DNA of 64,000 nucleotides from positions 62,001-126,000 of IMG/VR virus record IMGVR_UViG_3300025536_000010; one strand, 5' to 3'. The notes beneath the pieces were generated by a model. That model was given only the letters and a program-made list of their open reading frames with translations. It was not told where the DNA came from and did no database searches. Position 1 is the stretch's first letter, and each line of letters opens with the position of its first letter. This document shows, one piece after another, positions 28,339-38,875 of this stretch. Both the position numbers and the translations under genes were made by a program.

Positions 28339-29691
28339 ATGGCAGCCAACCCCATTTCGACTATCGCGGACTTCCTGAACGCTGTCGGCGGCGGGCAGAC
28401 CAAGCAAGCGGATGCCCCCCTGAGCGAAGCCGGAAGTATCGGCGGTGCAACCTCTCACCCGGTCAAGAGCGTCGACGACCGCCTCCAGAAAGCCAAGGAA
28501 GGCGAGCGTTCGAGCGAGAACAGCAAAGACGTCAAGGAAGACCAGGGCGCGCCAAGCGTCGAGAACGCTCCCGAGGCCAAGGCCGGGTCCGACCTGATGT
28601 CGTTGGCTCGCGCGTTCGCTCGCACCAGCGGCACGCAGAAGAAGGCCGAGGGCGGCGCGGTCATGCAGGGCGGCTCGGCCGCCGACGACCAACTCCAGAT
28701 CGGCACCAACAAGCAGCCGACCGGCGACGACCCGAAGTCCGAAACCAACTCGGCCAAGTCCGGCAAGGAAGATCCCGGTTCGAGCCACCCGGCGCGCACC
28801 GACAACGATCAGCTGGACGGCCACAAGTACAGCCTCGACGCCAACGCGCCGCTCGAACAGCTGGCCAAGCTGACCAAGGAAGCCGGCGACAACCTCTGCG
28901 CCGCGATCTTCCACGTCAGCAAGAACGGCGGGGCGCAGAAGACCGCCGAACACGCGCAGCAAGTCGGCGGCAGCGTCGTGCAGCAGCAACCGCAGACCAA
29001 GCAGGCCGAGATCGACCCCTACCTGGCCCACCAGGCTGGCTGGGAGATGGCCTCGCTGATCGCCGGCAAGTTCGACAAGCGCGCGGCCGACAGCATGGTC
29101 ACCAACACCATGTACAGCATCGTCAAGCAGGCCAGCGACGACGCCGACCTCTACATCTGGTACGCCAAGAACTTCCTCCAGGGTCAGCAGAAGCAGGCCG
29201 AAGGCGAGATGCCGATGGACCCTGCGGCTGGCGGCGGCGCCCCTCCGGGCGGCGACCCGATGGCCGGCGGCGGCGGTGGTGGCGGGGAAGACGCCATGAT
29301 GGCTGCCCTGGGCGGCGGTGCCCCTCCGGGCGGTGACCCGATGGGCGGCGGCGCTCCTCCGGGTGGCGACCCGATGGGCGGCGGCGGGGGCGGCGGCATG
29401 GACCCCGAAACGATGGCGTTGGCGCAGCTGCTCCAGCAGGCCAACATCAGCCCCGAAGAACTCGAAGCGGCTCTGGCCGAACAGGGCGGCGGCGGTGGCG
29501 GTGACCCGATGGGCGGCATGGGCGGCGACCCGATGGCCGGCGGCGGCGGTGAACCTCCGATGCCGGGCGGCGAGAAGCCGGCCAACGACCGCGGCGGCCG
29601 CGCTGCACAGCAGAGCACCAAGCATGCCGGCGAAATGCACAAGTACATCACCGAACTCGTCGGCCGTTCCCGGGCACGGAGGGCGGCCTAA
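28339..29691 (+). CDS. Putative scaffold / internal head protein
   Basis: Disordered, about ten K-x-A motifs, GGDPM repeats; sits between protease and capsid genes. Confidence 0.55.
   Translation: MAANPISTIADFLNAVGGGQTKQADAPLSEAGSIGGATSHPVKSVDDRLQKAKEGERSSENSKDVKEDQGAPSVENAPEAKAGSDLMSLARAFARTSGTQKKAEGGAVMQGGSAADDQLQIGTNKQPTGDDPKSETNSAKSGKEDPGSSHPARTDNDQLDGHKYSLDANAPLEQLAKLTKEAGDNLCAAIFHVSKNGGAQKTAEHAQQVGGSVVQQQPQTKQAEIDPYLAHQAGWEMASLIAGKFDKRAADSMVTNTMYSIVKQASDDADLYIWYAKNFLQGQQKQAEGEMPMDPAAGGGAPPGGDPMAGGGGGGGEDAMMAALGGGAPPGGDPMGGGAPPGGDPMGGGGGGGMDPETMALAQLLQQANISPEELEAALAEQGGGGGGDPMGGMGGDPMAGGGGEPPMPGGEKPANDRGGRAAQQSTKHAGEMHKYITELVGRSRARRAA
29212..29570 (+). repeat. Coding tandem repeats GGAPPGGDPM(G/A)GG
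   Basis: Repeated ggcgacccgatgggcggc-like units. Confidence 0.8.
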
Positions 29692-29782
29692 GCGGACTGT
29701 CCCGGAGGCTGACCGCCCAGCAGCCTCCGGGTCGCTCGCTTGCTGACCAAGCCGACACTACAAGCTCACGGAGGAGTTTACC

Positions 29783-30301
29783 TTGAACCCCACGCAGCAA
29801 ATCTCTGTCCCCTCGGCGCTGCTGGACAACATGATCCAGTACGTCGAGGTTTCGAGTCTGATGGGCAAGCGCGCCCTGGACGAAATCGACGTCCATCGCG
29901 CTGGCCAGCAGAAGGCCGCGGCGCTGCGCAACCCGCTCCTGGACTACATGGTCCAGCAGGGCGTGGTGGCGGAACACCAGAAGGAAGCCGCTCAGGCCAT
30001 GCTGGGCAGTCACGCCGAAACGATGCAGCTGCTCAAGGCAGCCATCGACAAAATCGTCGACCTGCGCAAGAACGGGACGACGAAGACGGCCGGCGCCGAA
30101 CCAGGCGAGGCTGTGGACCCGAACACCCTGGGCGCAACGTCGCCGGTGGGCGGGGCCAACGGGTACACGGCCGGCGACGGTTTCGTGGCCCCGCTGACGA
30201 AGCAGGGCGAGTATGACTCGCTCAACGACGTCATGGTCGGCCGCAAGACCAACCTGGTCAAAGCGTCCGACAAGCCGCTGCTGGCCCTGATCGGCCGGTA
30301 A
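29783..30301 (+). CDS. Hypothetical head-module protein
   Basis: TTG start after CACGGAGGAG; QKAA, TKTA. Confidence 0.72.
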   Translation: MNPTQQISVPSALLDNMIQYVEVSSLMGKRALDEIDVHRAGQQKAAALRNPLLDYMVQQGVVAEHQKEAAQAMLGSHAETMQLLKAAIDKIVDLRKNGTTKTAGAEPGEAVDPNTLGATSPVGGANGYTAGDGFVAPLTKQGEYDSLNDVMVGRKTNLVKASDKPLLALIGR

Positions 30302-30369
30302 CGGTTCCCAAGGAAACGGATTCCGCACAGTCCCGCAGGGACTACTGACCTTCAAGGAGGAAATCCTCA

Positions 30370-30903
30370 ATGGCTGCTCCCCGCCAAATGACGGCGAACA
30401 CCCTGAACGCTCTCAAGGGGTGGCCTCAGCCGGCCGCCGTCGACTACCACACCGAGTTCGACCCGTCGATCACCGACGTCGTCCTGCCCGGCTCCGTGGT
30501 TCACCTGAACAGTGACGGTTTCTACGAACTCGGCGTCGGCGCGGAGCCGGTGATGCCGCTGTTCATGTTCAACGGCAGCGACGACCCGGACGTGCGCAAC
30601 GAGGGCGGCGACCCCGCCACCGAGAAGGGCGTCTGGATTCCGATCAACCCGACCGGCCAGGCGATGGCCTTGGTGGCCGTGGGCGCGTACGAACTCGTTT
30701 CGACCGCCTTCGACAAGACCGGCACCTACAACCCGAACGACCCGCTGACCAGCCCGCTGTCGGGCGGCAACGCCGGCAAGCTCATCGTCGGCACGCTGTA
30801 CACCCACATGATCGTGGGCTTCGTCAGCCGCGGCGTGGTCGACAACGGCTACGGCCACGACGGCCTGGCTTTCTGGCCGTTCCCGGTCTTCCCGACGCCG
30901 TAA
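30370..30903 (+). CDS. Putative capsid decoration / cement protein
   Basis: 177-aa beta-rich ORF immediately upstream of the MCP; AAGGAGG SD. Confidence 0.5.
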   Translation: MAAPRQMTANTLNALKGWPQPAAVDYHTEFDPSITDVVLPGSVVHLNSDGFYELGVGAEPVMPLFMFNGSDDPDVRNEGGDPATEKGVWIPINPTGQAMALVAVGAYELVSTAFDKTGTYNPNDPLTSPLSGGNAGKLIVGTLYTHMIVGFVSRGVVDNGYGHDGLAFWPFPVFPTP

Positions 30904-30988
30904 CGTCAACCCGTTGTAACCAGCAACCGTCGCCAAGCACGCTCGTTTGACCCAAGGAAGAACATAACCCACACGGAGGTTCCATCAC

Positions 30989-31930
30989 ATGCCCCAGATC
31001 CTCACCCAGGAAGAGTCGAAGGCGCTGTCCTATGCGATCTTCGAGAAACTCTCTTCCCGTGATCCGATCCTGGAAAAGCAGGCGGTGGATGCCGTCAACG
31101 AGTTCACGCGCACGAAGATGCGTGAAGACGGCTTCTACCGGCGGATCATGCCGCCACTCCCCATCGGCAACGACGAACTGGATCGGCAGGTCGATACCGA
31201 CAAGCCGGTCAAAGTGGTGGACAAGGAGCCGGATTCGCCGGCTGCCATCTCCATCCCGTTCGCCACGCTGCCGACCAATCTGTACATCCGCGGTCCGCGC
31301 TACCGCGTCATGTTCGACCGCATCGCCACGCCACGGTTCACCAAGGACGTGGACGAGCTGCGCACCTGGATCATGGACATCCGCCAGGTGCTCTCGGACA
31401 ACGCGATCAAGGACATGCTGGCGGAAGAAGATGGGAAGTTCATTCGGGCCGTGAACACCGCTCTGGTGGGCGCGGGCCTGACGGTCCCGACTTCCGGCAC
31501 GGTCCAGCACGAAGTCATCGCTGGCGGCATCACCCGCGACACCCTCTGCGACTCGCTCAAGGTGATGCCCAACACCCCGAGCAACCTGGAGGTCCACCTC
31601 GTTCTGGTGAACAACATCACGATCAAGGAAGTGATGAAGTTCACGCACAACGAAATGGGTGGCACGCTCTCCGAAGACATCATGAAGAACGGCTGGAGCC
31701 TCCAGAAGTTCCTCGGTGTCAACTGGATCGTGACCATCAAGAAGGGCCTGGTTCCGACGAACACGATGTACCAGTTCGCGGACCCCAAGTTCATCGGCAA
31801 GAGTTACGTCCTCGAAGACACGACCATGTACATTCGTCGTGAGGCGTACATGCTGGAATTCTTCGCGTACGAGACAATGGGTGGGACCATCGGTCACACC
31901 TCGGGTCTTGCCCGCATCGACTACCAGTAA
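30989..31930 (+). CDS. Major capsid protein (HK97-like fold, predicted)
   Basis: 313 aa, strong SD, followed by a double hairpin/terminator; typical position after protease-scaffold-decoration; EKQA at about residue 30. Confidence 0.7.
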   Translation: MPQILTQEESKALSYAIFEKLSSRDPILEKQAVDAVNEFTRTKMREDGFYRRIMPPLPIGNDELDRQVDTDKPVKVVDKEPDSPAAISIPFATLPTNLYIRGPRYRVMFDRIATPRFTKDVDELRTWIMDIRQVLSDNAIKDMLAEEDGKFIRAVNTALVGAGLTVPTSGTVQHEVIAGGITRDTLCDSLKVMPNTPSNLEVHLVLVNNITIKEVMKFTHNEMGGTLSEDIMKNGWSLQKFLGVNWIVTIKKGLVPTNTMYQFADPKFIGKSYVLEDTTMYIRREAYMLEFFAYETMGGTIGHTSGLARIDYQ

Positions 31931-31938
31931 GGACTGAT

Positions 31939-31975
31939 CGACAACGACGGGACGACCGACGTCCCGTCGTTGTCG
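31939..31975. repeat. Perfect 16-bp inverted repeat (5-nt loop)
   Basis: CGACAACGACGGGACG-ACCGA-CGTCCCGTCGTTGTCG. Confidence 0.9.
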
Positions 31976-31980
31976 GCAGC

Positions 31981-32021
31981 AGGGGTGCCCGGGGGTTGGG
32001 AGAGGCTCTCGGGCACCTTTT
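31981..32021 (+). terminator. Intrinsic terminator after the MCP
   Basis: GGTGCCCG...CGGGCACC stem followed by TTTT. Confidence 0.65.
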
Positions 32022-32057
32022 CTAAAAGCCAGTTTTTGACGCGCAGGGAGGCGTATC

Positions 32058-32429
32058 ATGCCACTGAACGAACACGACCCTCGGCCCCAAGGTGCGGCGA
32101 TCCGCAACCGCGCCACCGCTAACGGAACGGCCCCGGTCGGCACCTACACGGATACGAGCCTGACCAAGGCCAACGTCGACCAGGCCATGCCCAGCGTGCT
32201 GCCGAACCGCTCCGGGGCGCGCACCCTGGGCAACATCCGGCCGGTCTACGCCAGCGACCGCGTGCAGGAGATCGACCAGACGGCGACCAACGAAAGTCCG
32301 CCGCCCACGCCGCACTCGAAGCCGAAATGGGAGATCGAGACGACGGCTGACGACATCAGCCGCGCCAAAGATCCCTATCGGAACGACGGCATGATCTCGC
32401 AGAACGACATGTTCAAAAACCAGGGCTAA
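32058..32429 (+). CDS. Hypothetical protein
   Basis: GGGAGG SD, 123 aa. Confidence 0.7.
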   Translation: MPLNEHDPRPQGAAIRNRATANGTAPVGTYTDTSLTKANVDQAMPSVLPNRSGARTLGNIRPVYASDRVQEIDQTATNESPPPTPHSKPKWEIETTADDISRAKDPYRNDGMISQNDMFKNQG

Positions 32430-32491
32430 ATGCCCTGGGTCCGCAACAAGCTCCGACCGTTCAGACCTTGTCGCCCGCAGAAAGGATCGTC

Positions 32492-32950
32492 ATGAAGAAG
32501 CTCAACACCGCCCTTTGTCTAGCGCTCGTGCTGGTGGCCCTGCTGTTCGTGGTGGCGGCCCCGGTGCAGGCGCAGTATTACGGCGGCGGGTACTACCGCT
32601 CGTACAGCAGCTACAGCTACCCAAGCTACTACAGCACGCCGTACTACTACAGCTACCCGAGCTACTACACCTACAGCTACCCGAGCAGCTATACCTACAG
32701 CGCACCTGCGGCGTACACGGCACCGTGTCCGAAGGAAAACGTCAGCGATCAGGTACTCAAGGAACTGCTGATCCGCAAGCTGCTGACCGACCAACCGGCG
32801 CAGCAGAACGGGCAGGCACAGTACCAGACGCAGCCGCAAGGATACACCCAAGGCAGTCAACCGCTGACGACCCAGGAAGTGCAAGTGCTGCGACAGCTGC
32901 TGCAACAGGTGCTGCAACAGCAGCAAGCACAGCAAGCCCCGTCCAAGTGA
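32492..32950 (+). CDS. Secreted Tyr/Ser-rich repeat protein
   Basis: Signal peptide MKKLNTALCLALVLVALLFVVAAPVQA, then YSYPSYY repeats and a Gln-rich tail. Confidence 0.75.
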   Translation: MKKLNTALCLALVLVALLFVVAAPVQAQYYGGGYYRSYSSYSYPSYYSTPYYYSYPSYYTYSYPSSYTYSAPAAYTAPCPKENVSDQVLKELLIRKLLTDQPAQQNGQAQYQTQPQGYTQGSQPLTTQEVQVLRQLLQQVLQQQQAQQAPSK

Positions 32951-33011
32951 CGGGGACAACCGCAGCGTTCTCTAAACCACTTTTTGAAACCAGCAGGATG
33001 GAGGAGATACC

Positions 33012-33464
33012 GTGAGCCAGCAAGCGACTCTGCCCGACCCGCAGACCGCCTATGACAACTTGTTCCAGGCGGTTCACGCGCGGGTGTTCTTCCAGAAGTG
33101 CGCGTCCGCGGGCATCATGCCGCGCAGCCGCCAGGAGGCCCAGTGGATGCTGGAGACGGCCGGCAAGCTCCGCACCGTCGACCAGGCTGGTGGCCTACAG
33201 AAGGACGCCCAGGACGACAACGACAACCCCTACTACCAGATGAACCGGCATCTGGATCAGGTGTTGGCCCAGCACGGGCTCGACGGCGGCATCAAAGCTG
33301 CCGCGGCACAGGAAGAAGAGTCGGCCATCCGGCAGCTGACTGTCGACCTGAGCAACGATCCGCTCCTGTACAACTCGGTGCTGTCCCTCAAGACGGCCGA
33401 GGCCCAGGACATCCAGCAGCAGTACGAGGCGTGGAAGCGGCAGAACCAAGGGGCCGCCGCCTGA
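33012..33464 (+). CDS. Hypothetical K-x-A motif protein
   Basis: GGAGGAG SD; QKDA, IKAA, LKTA. Confidence 0.75.
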   Translation: MSQQATLPDPQTAYDNLFQAVHARVFFQKCASAGIMPRSRQEAQWMLETAGKLRTVDQAGGLQKDAQDDNDNPYYQMNRHLDQVLAQHGLDGGIKAAAAQEEESAIRQLTVDLSNDPLLYNSVLSLKTAEAQDIQQQYEAWKRQNQGAAA

Positions 33465-33526
33465 CCCGCGCCTGACCACGGACGGACATCGCGCAAGCGA
33501 AGCCCATACACAAGGAGGTAGCCAGC

Positions 33527-33889
33527 ATGGCTGGACTCGACACCAGTTGCCTCTACTCGACGGTCAAGAACACGTCGGGCGGTCGCAAGAAGTTCGGTTT
33601 CCTGCCGCCGCACGGCAAAGAACTCGCCGCCAACGAGGAAATGACCGTGTTCGGCGACATCAAGCAGGCCATCATCCGCTTCGAGCGGACGGAGGCCCGC
33701 CGCAACATTATCGCGTTCGAGAAGGCGCTCCAGCGGGGTGATTTGGAGATCATCAACACTCCCAACATCATCCTGGAAGACGACTCCAACCCCGGCTCGA
33801 CGAAAATGCTCAACCTGCGTAACGGCACGTTAGGCACGCTCGACCCCTGCTGGAACACGTCGACCTCGCTGACGCCTCCGCTGGGCTAA
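33527..33889 (+). CDS. Hypothetical (structural?) protein
   Basis: AAGGAGGT SD, 120 aa. Confidence 0.75.
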   Translation: MAGLDTSCLYSTVKNTSGGRKKFGFLPPHGKELAANEEMTVFGDIKQAIIRFERTEARRNIIAFEKALQRGDLEIINTPNIILEDDSNPGSTKMLNLRNGTLGTLDPCWNTSTSLTPPLG

Positions 33890-33917
33890 CAACCCGCCGG
33901 TTCATGCTTCCCGCGCG

Positions 33918-33956
33918 ACGGCGGGCGCACCCTCCCCCGGGTCGCCCGCCGTTTTT
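33918..33956 (+). terminator. Intrinsic terminator
   Basis: ACGGCGGGCG...CGCCCGCCGT followed by TTTT. Confidence 0.65.
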
Positions 33957-33976
33957 ATTGGACACGGAGGTCTACC

Positions 33977-36900
33977 ATGTCGGACTTGATTCCCGGCCCG
34001 CGCGGCGAACGCGGCCACCAAGGTTACCAAGGTCACCGTGGCCTGCGCGGACACCAGGGCAGTCTTGGCCTGACCGGCGACCAAGGCAACCAAGGCGTAC
34101 AAGGTAACCAAGGCTTCCAGGGACCGGCAGACGGTTTTCAGGGCAGCCAAGGCGACCAAGGGTTGCAAGGCTTCCAAGGACGGCAAGGCTTCCAGGGCCT
34201 AACCGGCAGCGGCTCCCAGGGGGCGGCAGGCGGCACCGGCCTGCAAGGCAACCAAGGTTTCCAGGGAGCAGCGGGCAGCACCGGCAGCCAAGGCGCGCAG
34301 GGAGCGGCCGGCGCTGGCAGCCAGGGCGCGCAGGGAGCGGCCGGCAGTGGCAGCCAGGGCCTGCAAGGTTTCCAAGGTGCTGTCGGCGTAACCGGCAATC
34401 AGGGTAACCAGGGCCAGGCTGGTGGCGCCGGAAACCAAGGGAATCAAGGAGCGCAAGGACGCCAAGGTATCACTGGCGCACAAGGTGACCAGGGTTTCGG
34501 CCTGCAAGGTTTCCAAGGCCGGCAAGGCTCGACCGGCGTGCAGGGTTTCCAGGGTCCGGCCGGCAGCGGCGCGCAGGGAGCCCAGGGTTCGACTGGCGTC
34601 CAGGGCGCGCAGGGAAATCTCGGCGAGCAGGGCGAGCAAGGTGAACAAGGCGACCAAGGTGACCAGGGGGACACTGGCGTACAGGGTTTGCAAGGTTTTC
34701 AAGGTGCCACGGGTGGCGTCGGTGCGCAGGGTATCCAGGGTGACCAAGGCGACACCGGCGAGCAAGGTGACCAGGGTGACCAAGGCGAACAAGGCGCCCA
34801 AGGCGCAACCGGCCCGCAGGGTTTCCAGGGAAGCATCGGCTTGCAGGGCCAGACGGGCGAGCAAGGCGAGCAAGGTTTCCAGGGCTCCGGCGCGCAGGGC
34901 GCCCAAGGTCTGCAAGGAGCGCAGGGTTTGCAGGGCCGCGAAGGCACCGGGCTCCACTACGTCTACGACGACCAGACAGCCGCCGCCGACCCCGGCACGG
35001 GCGAGTTCCGCCTCAACAACTCGGACGTGACCCAGGTTACCGAGATCTACTTGCACGAGACGGACCAGGACAACAACGACAACCAAAATCTTCTGGCCAT
35101 CTGGGACGACGCAACCAGTGTGAACAGGGGCTTGATTTTCCTGCGCAACCGTACGGCCGGCGGCTACATCGCCTACAAGCTGGTCAGCGACTGGACGGAC
35201 AACACGAACTGGCGGACGGCAACCGTCGAGTTCGTCAACTCGGACGGCACGCATTCCAACGGCGACAGTTTCGACATCACTTTTGCCAAGATTGGCGACC
35301 GCGGCGCCCAGGGTGACGCAGGCGGCAACGCTTTCCCCTACGTCTACTCGACCACTACGACCGACGCAGACCCCGGTTCTGGCTTCATCCGTTTCAACAG
35401 CGGCACGATGGCATCGGTGACCGAGGTCTACATCGACCTGGAGTCGTCGGCAGCGGCCGACCTCACGACCTGGATCGAAAGTTTTGACAACTACGCCACG
35501 TCCACACACCGCGGCGTACTGCAAGTTTTCAAAGCATCGGACCCAACCGTTTTCGTCAACCTGGCTGTCACCGGCTCGGTAACCACCGCCACCGGCTACC
35601 GCAAGCTGACGGTTACCTACATTGCCAGCGACGGCACTTTCACCAACCTCGACGAGGTGGTGGTCGGTTTCGCCTACACCGGGCAGCAAGGCTCCCAGGG
35701 CGCGCAAGGCAATCAAGGTAGCCAAGGTAATCAAGGCGACCCGGCCGGCAACGTGGTCCAGTACCAGTATTCGACCACCACGGCAGACGCCGATCCGGGT
35801 GCTGGTTTCTTCCGTCTCAACAACGCAGCGATGGCCTCCGTCACGGAGATGTACATCGACCTGGTCGACAGCCTGGCGGTCACGCAGACAGCATGGATCG
35901 AGTCGCTTGACGACGTCGGCAGCACGGCCGACCGCGGCGTGCTGCGCATCGCCAACGCCACAGACGGCACCGTGTTTGCCATCTACCGCGTAACAGGCTC
36001 GGTGACGTCCGCGAGTGGCTACCGCAAGCTGACGCTCAGTTACGTCACACACAACGGCACGCTGGCCAACAACGACGACACGATCATCAGTTTTGCCGAC
36101 GCAGGCCAGACAGGAGCCCAGGGCCTGCAAGGAGCCCAGGGCCTGCAAGGAGCCCAGGGCCTGCAAGGAGCCCAGGGCCTGCAAGGTTTGCAAGGTAGTC
36201 AAGGTAATCAAGGTGTACCCGGCTCTGGCGCTCAAGGCGACCAGGGCGACCAAGGCGACACGGGCGATCAGGGCGCACAAGGCGCACAGGGTCTGCAAGG
36301 CTTGCAAGGTTTACAGGGCCTGCAAGGCGCCCAGGGCCTGCAAGGCGCCCAGGGTAACCAGGGGAGCCAGGGTGAGGTCGGTGAACCTGGCGGCTATAGC
36401 GCCGAGTACCAGTGGTCGAACTCTACCACGGACGCCGATCCAGGCGGCGGCTTCCTGCGCTTCAACAACGGCACAGTGTCTTCGGTCACGCAGCTGTACA
36501 TCGACTTGGCCGACCGGCACACCAACGACCAGACACCGTGGATCGAGTCGTTTGACGATTTCGGCGCGACGGCTAACCGCGGGGCGCTCAAAATCTTCAA
36601 GCTGGGCGACCCGACCGTGTTCGCCATCTTCCGCGTCACGGACACGATTGATACGCCTGCGGGCTATCGCAAGATCACCGTGGTCTACGTTGACCACAAC
36701 GGCTCGTTGACCAACAACGACAACATCGTTGTGTCGTTTGCGCATGCCGGCCAGCAAGGCTCCCAGGGCTTGCAAGGCGCATCGGACGGGGATGCCGGAC
36801 ACGAAGGCGGCAGCGTCTACTACAACTGGAACACGGACACAGCCAGCAGCGACCCCGGCAACGGCTACGTTAAGGTCGACAACGCCACGATGTCCTCCGT

Positions 36901-37897
36901 GACAAAGCTGTACATCAGCGACCAGGACTTGAACGCGGTCAACATCGACACCTGGCTCGGCTCTTGGACGGGTTCATCGTCCGTGGTCAAGGGTGCGTTG
37001 AAACTTGCGCAGTACGTCCCGGGCGGCGGCGGGCCGCTCAACTGGGCGATCTTCCTCATTACGACGTACACCGATAACGGCAGCTGGTACGATTTCGATG
37101 TCACCTATCAGGCGCACTCGGGTAGCTTCTCTGCGGACGACGACATCGACATCGCTTTCGACCGCACTGGCGACAAGGGCAGCCAGGGCGACCAGGGCTT
37201 CCAGGGCATTCGTGGCAGCCAGTGGACGTCGAACGGCATGGACCCGAGCGGCGGCAGCCCGCAAACGAACGATCAGTGGTTGAACACCACCAGCGGCAAC
37301 GTCTTCTACTGGGACGGCGACAGCTGGGAACTGACAGGCAACATCAAGGGCGAGCAGGGCCTGCAAGGGTTCCAAGGTAATCAAGGAGAGCAAGGTTTCC
37401 AAGGAAATCAGGGTTTCCAAGGAAATCAAGGCGAGCAAGGTTTCCAAGGAAATCAAGGCGAGCAAGGCTTCCAAGGCTTCCAAGGTGACCAAGGCGCCCC
37501 AGGGGCCAAGGAAGCCATTATGCCGACCCGCGTCGAAGACGCGGAGGAGTATGTCGCGCTCGTCTGCACCGAGGCCCCGCAAGCCACTTTCCAGGACCAC
37601 ATGATTGTGGTCGTGCGACAGGCCCGGGAAGAGTTCGAGATCGACCCGTACTTCGTTCAGGTCTGCGAGCCGGGGTCGATCATGGTGACGGCAAGCCAGC
37701 CCAACCGAGCCGTGCCGGTGGGAGCCTACGTCACGAACGCCGGCAAAGTGGTCGTCGAGGCGGAACATCCCGAGCAGTTCCGCGTCATCCTGACACTGAC
37801 CGGCACGCGCCGCGGCGCCCCGGCGCGGTTCAGCCGCCGTAGCCGCGAAGACATGGAGAAGAACATCCGCTTCTGGGACAGCTGGAAGCAGCTGTAA
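33977..37897 (+). CDS. Collagen-like fibre protein with five repeated globular domains
   Basis: Extensive (G-x-Q)n triplets interleaved with five Y.[YW]...T...DPG.G..[RK]..N domains. Confidence 0.85.
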   Translation: MSDLIPGPRGERGHQGYQGHRGLRGHQGSLGLTGDQGNQGVQGNQGFQGPADGFQGSQGDQGLQGFQGRQGFQGLTGSGSQGAAGGTGLQGNQGFQGAAGSTGSQGAQGAAGAGSQGAQGAAGSGSQGLQGFQGAVGVTGNQGNQGQAGGAGNQGNQGAQGRQGITGAQGDQGFGLQGFQGRQGSTGVQGFQGPAGSGAQGAQGSTGVQGAQGNLGEQGEQGEQGDQGDQGDTGVQGLQGFQGATGGVGAQGIQGDQGDTGEQGDQGDQGEQGAQGATGPQGFQGSIGLQGQTGEQGEQGFQGSGAQGAQGLQGAQGLQGREGTGLHYVYDDQTAAADPGTGEFRLNNSDVTQVTEIYLHETDQDNNDNQNLLAIWDDATSVNRGLIFLRNRTAGGYIAYKLVSDWTDNTNWRTATVEFVNSDGTHSNGDSFDITFAKIGDRGAQGDAGGNAFPYVYSTTTTDADPGSGFIRFNSGTMASVTEVYIDLESSAAADLTTWIESFDNYATSTHRGVLQVFKASDPTVFVNLAVTGSVTTATGYRKLTVTYIASDGTFTNLDEVVVGFAYTGQQGSQGAQGNQGSQGNQGDPAGNVVQYQYSTTTADADPGAGFFRLNNAAMASVTEMYIDLVDSLAVTQTAWIESLDDVGSTADRGVLRIANATDGTVFAIYRVTGSVTSASGYRKLTLSYVTHNGTLANNDDTIISFADAGQTGAQGLQGAQGLQGAQGLQGAQGLQGLQGSQGNQGVPGSGAQGDQGDQGDTGDQGAQGAQGLQGLQGLQGLQGAQGLQGAQGNQGSQGEVGEPGGYSAEYQWSNSTTDADPGGGFLRFNNGTVSSVTQLYIDLADRHTNDQTPWIESFDDFGATANRGALKIFKLGDPTVFAIFRVTDTIDTPAGYRKITVVYVDHNGSLTNNDNIVVSFAHAGQQGSQGLQGASDGDAGHEGGSVYYNWNTDTASSDPGNGYVKVDNATMSSVTKLYISDQDLNAVNIDTWLGSWTGSSSVVKGALKLAQYVPGGGGPLNWAIFLITTYTDNGSWYDFDVTYQAHSGSFSADDDIDIAFDRTGDKGSQGDQGFQGIRGSQWTSNGMDPSGGSPQTNDQWLNTTSGNVFYWDGDSWELTGNIKGEQGLQGFQGNQGEQGFQGNQGFQGNQGEQGFQGNQGEQGFQGFQGDQGAPGAKEAIMPTRVEDAEEYVALVCTEAPQATFQDHMIVVVRQAREEFEIDPYFVQVCEPGSIMVTASQPNRAVPVGAYVTNAGKVVVEAEHPEQFRVILTLTGTRRGAPARFSRRSREDMEKNIRFWDSWKQL
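36112..36183 (+). repeat. Perfect 18-bp tandem repeat x4 (GAQGLQ)
   Basis: aggagcccagggcctgca repeated four times. Confidence 0.9.
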
Positions 37898-37911
37898 AAC
37901 AAGGAGAGAGC

Positions 37912-38835
37912 ATGGCAGACTTGATCGTCCGGGCCGGCATCCCGGAGATGGACGACTGCAAAGTGCTGACGCGGCTCAAAGCGTTCATCGTCGACCAAGG
38001 CGTGGCCGCGACGCTGGAACATACGTTCCGCGACCGCAAAGGCAGCCCGGTCGACCTGGAAGACTGGTTAAGCACGCCCACCAGTCAGTCGGCTTCGGAG
38101 TCGCTGTCGGCAGAGTCGCCAGCCGGCCTGGTGAAACTGCGCGTCAAGGAGTTCCTCGGCGTCGGCCTCAGCGACCAAAGCAACCCGGTCTGGGAGGTGG
38201 ACGGCGAGGGTTTTGACCCGGCCAAGGGTAAAGTCCGGGCCACGCTTGAAGACAGCATGGTCGAGCGGCCCGGCATCTACGAGATGTCCTGGGCCATCGT
38301 CCGCAATGACAGCGACAAACGGCCGGTGGTCGTCGACCGCGGCCTGCTGTCCGTGGAAAAGAGTCTCTTCCCCAAAGACATCGTCAACGCCTACAAGAAC
38401 CTGGGGCCGCCTACGCTCCAGGAGATCCGCATGCGGATCATGGACAGCAGCGCAGCCGAGAATCAGTACCTGCTGGACGACGTCGAGTTCAGCGACGACC
38501 AGATCATGCTGGCGATCACTGAGCCGGTACGCGAATGGAACGAGACGCCGCCGCCGATTCGCCCGCACTACACCACGCGCACCTTCCCTTTCCGCGGGGC
38601 GTGGATCAAAGGTGTCATGGGCCAGCTGCACCTGATTGCCGCGGCGCATTACCGCCGTAATCGCTACGCCCACCAGGCTGGCGGGACGGGTAACGACGAC
38701 AAGAACCGCGAGAAGGAGTACCTGGTCGAGGGTCAGCGGCTCTGGGGCGAGTACCTGGCGTGGCTAACCAACAAGAAAATTGAGATCAACCTGCGGGGTT
38801 TTGCCGGTTCGTTTGGCTCCGACTATGGTCGATAG
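37912..38835 (+). CDS. Putative head-tail adaptor / neck protein
   Basis: C-half IRMRIMD...LLDDVEFSDDQI..AI...WNETPP resembles connector proteins; position between head and tail modules. Confidence 0.5.
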   Translation: MADLIVRAGIPEMDDCKVLTRLKAFIVDQGVAATLEHTFRDRKGSPVDLEDWLSTPTSQSASESLSAESPAGLVKLRVKEFLGVGLSDQSNPVWEVDGEGFDPAKGKVRATLEDSMVERPGIYEMSWAIVRNDSDKRPVVVDRGLLSVEKSLFPKDIVNAYKNLGPPTLQEIRMRIMDSSAAENQYLLDDVEFSDDQIMLAITEPVREWNETPPPIRPHYTTRTFPFRGAWIKGVMGQLHLIAAAHYRRNRYAHQAGGTGNDDKNREKEYLVEGQRLWGEYLAWLTNKKIEINLRGFAGSFGSDYGR

Positions 38836-38842
38836 CCGGTGG

Positions 38843-38875
38843 CTAAATAACGACCGTTTGTGCGTCAAGATAGGT
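38843..38875 (+). promoter_or_regulatory. Repeated bipartite motif copy 1 (candidate phage promoter)
   Basis: CTAAATAA-N10-TGCGTCAAGATAGGT; second copy at 39594. Confidence 0.6.

Noticed and set aside
37102-37111. Partial third copy (ACCTATCAG) of the 18-bp repeat
   Set aside because: Only 9 bp match and the spaced GAAACC is absent; compatible with chance
33977-37500. Tandem repeats resembling a CRISPR array
   Set aside because: They are in-frame collagen codon repeats with no unique spacers and no cas genes
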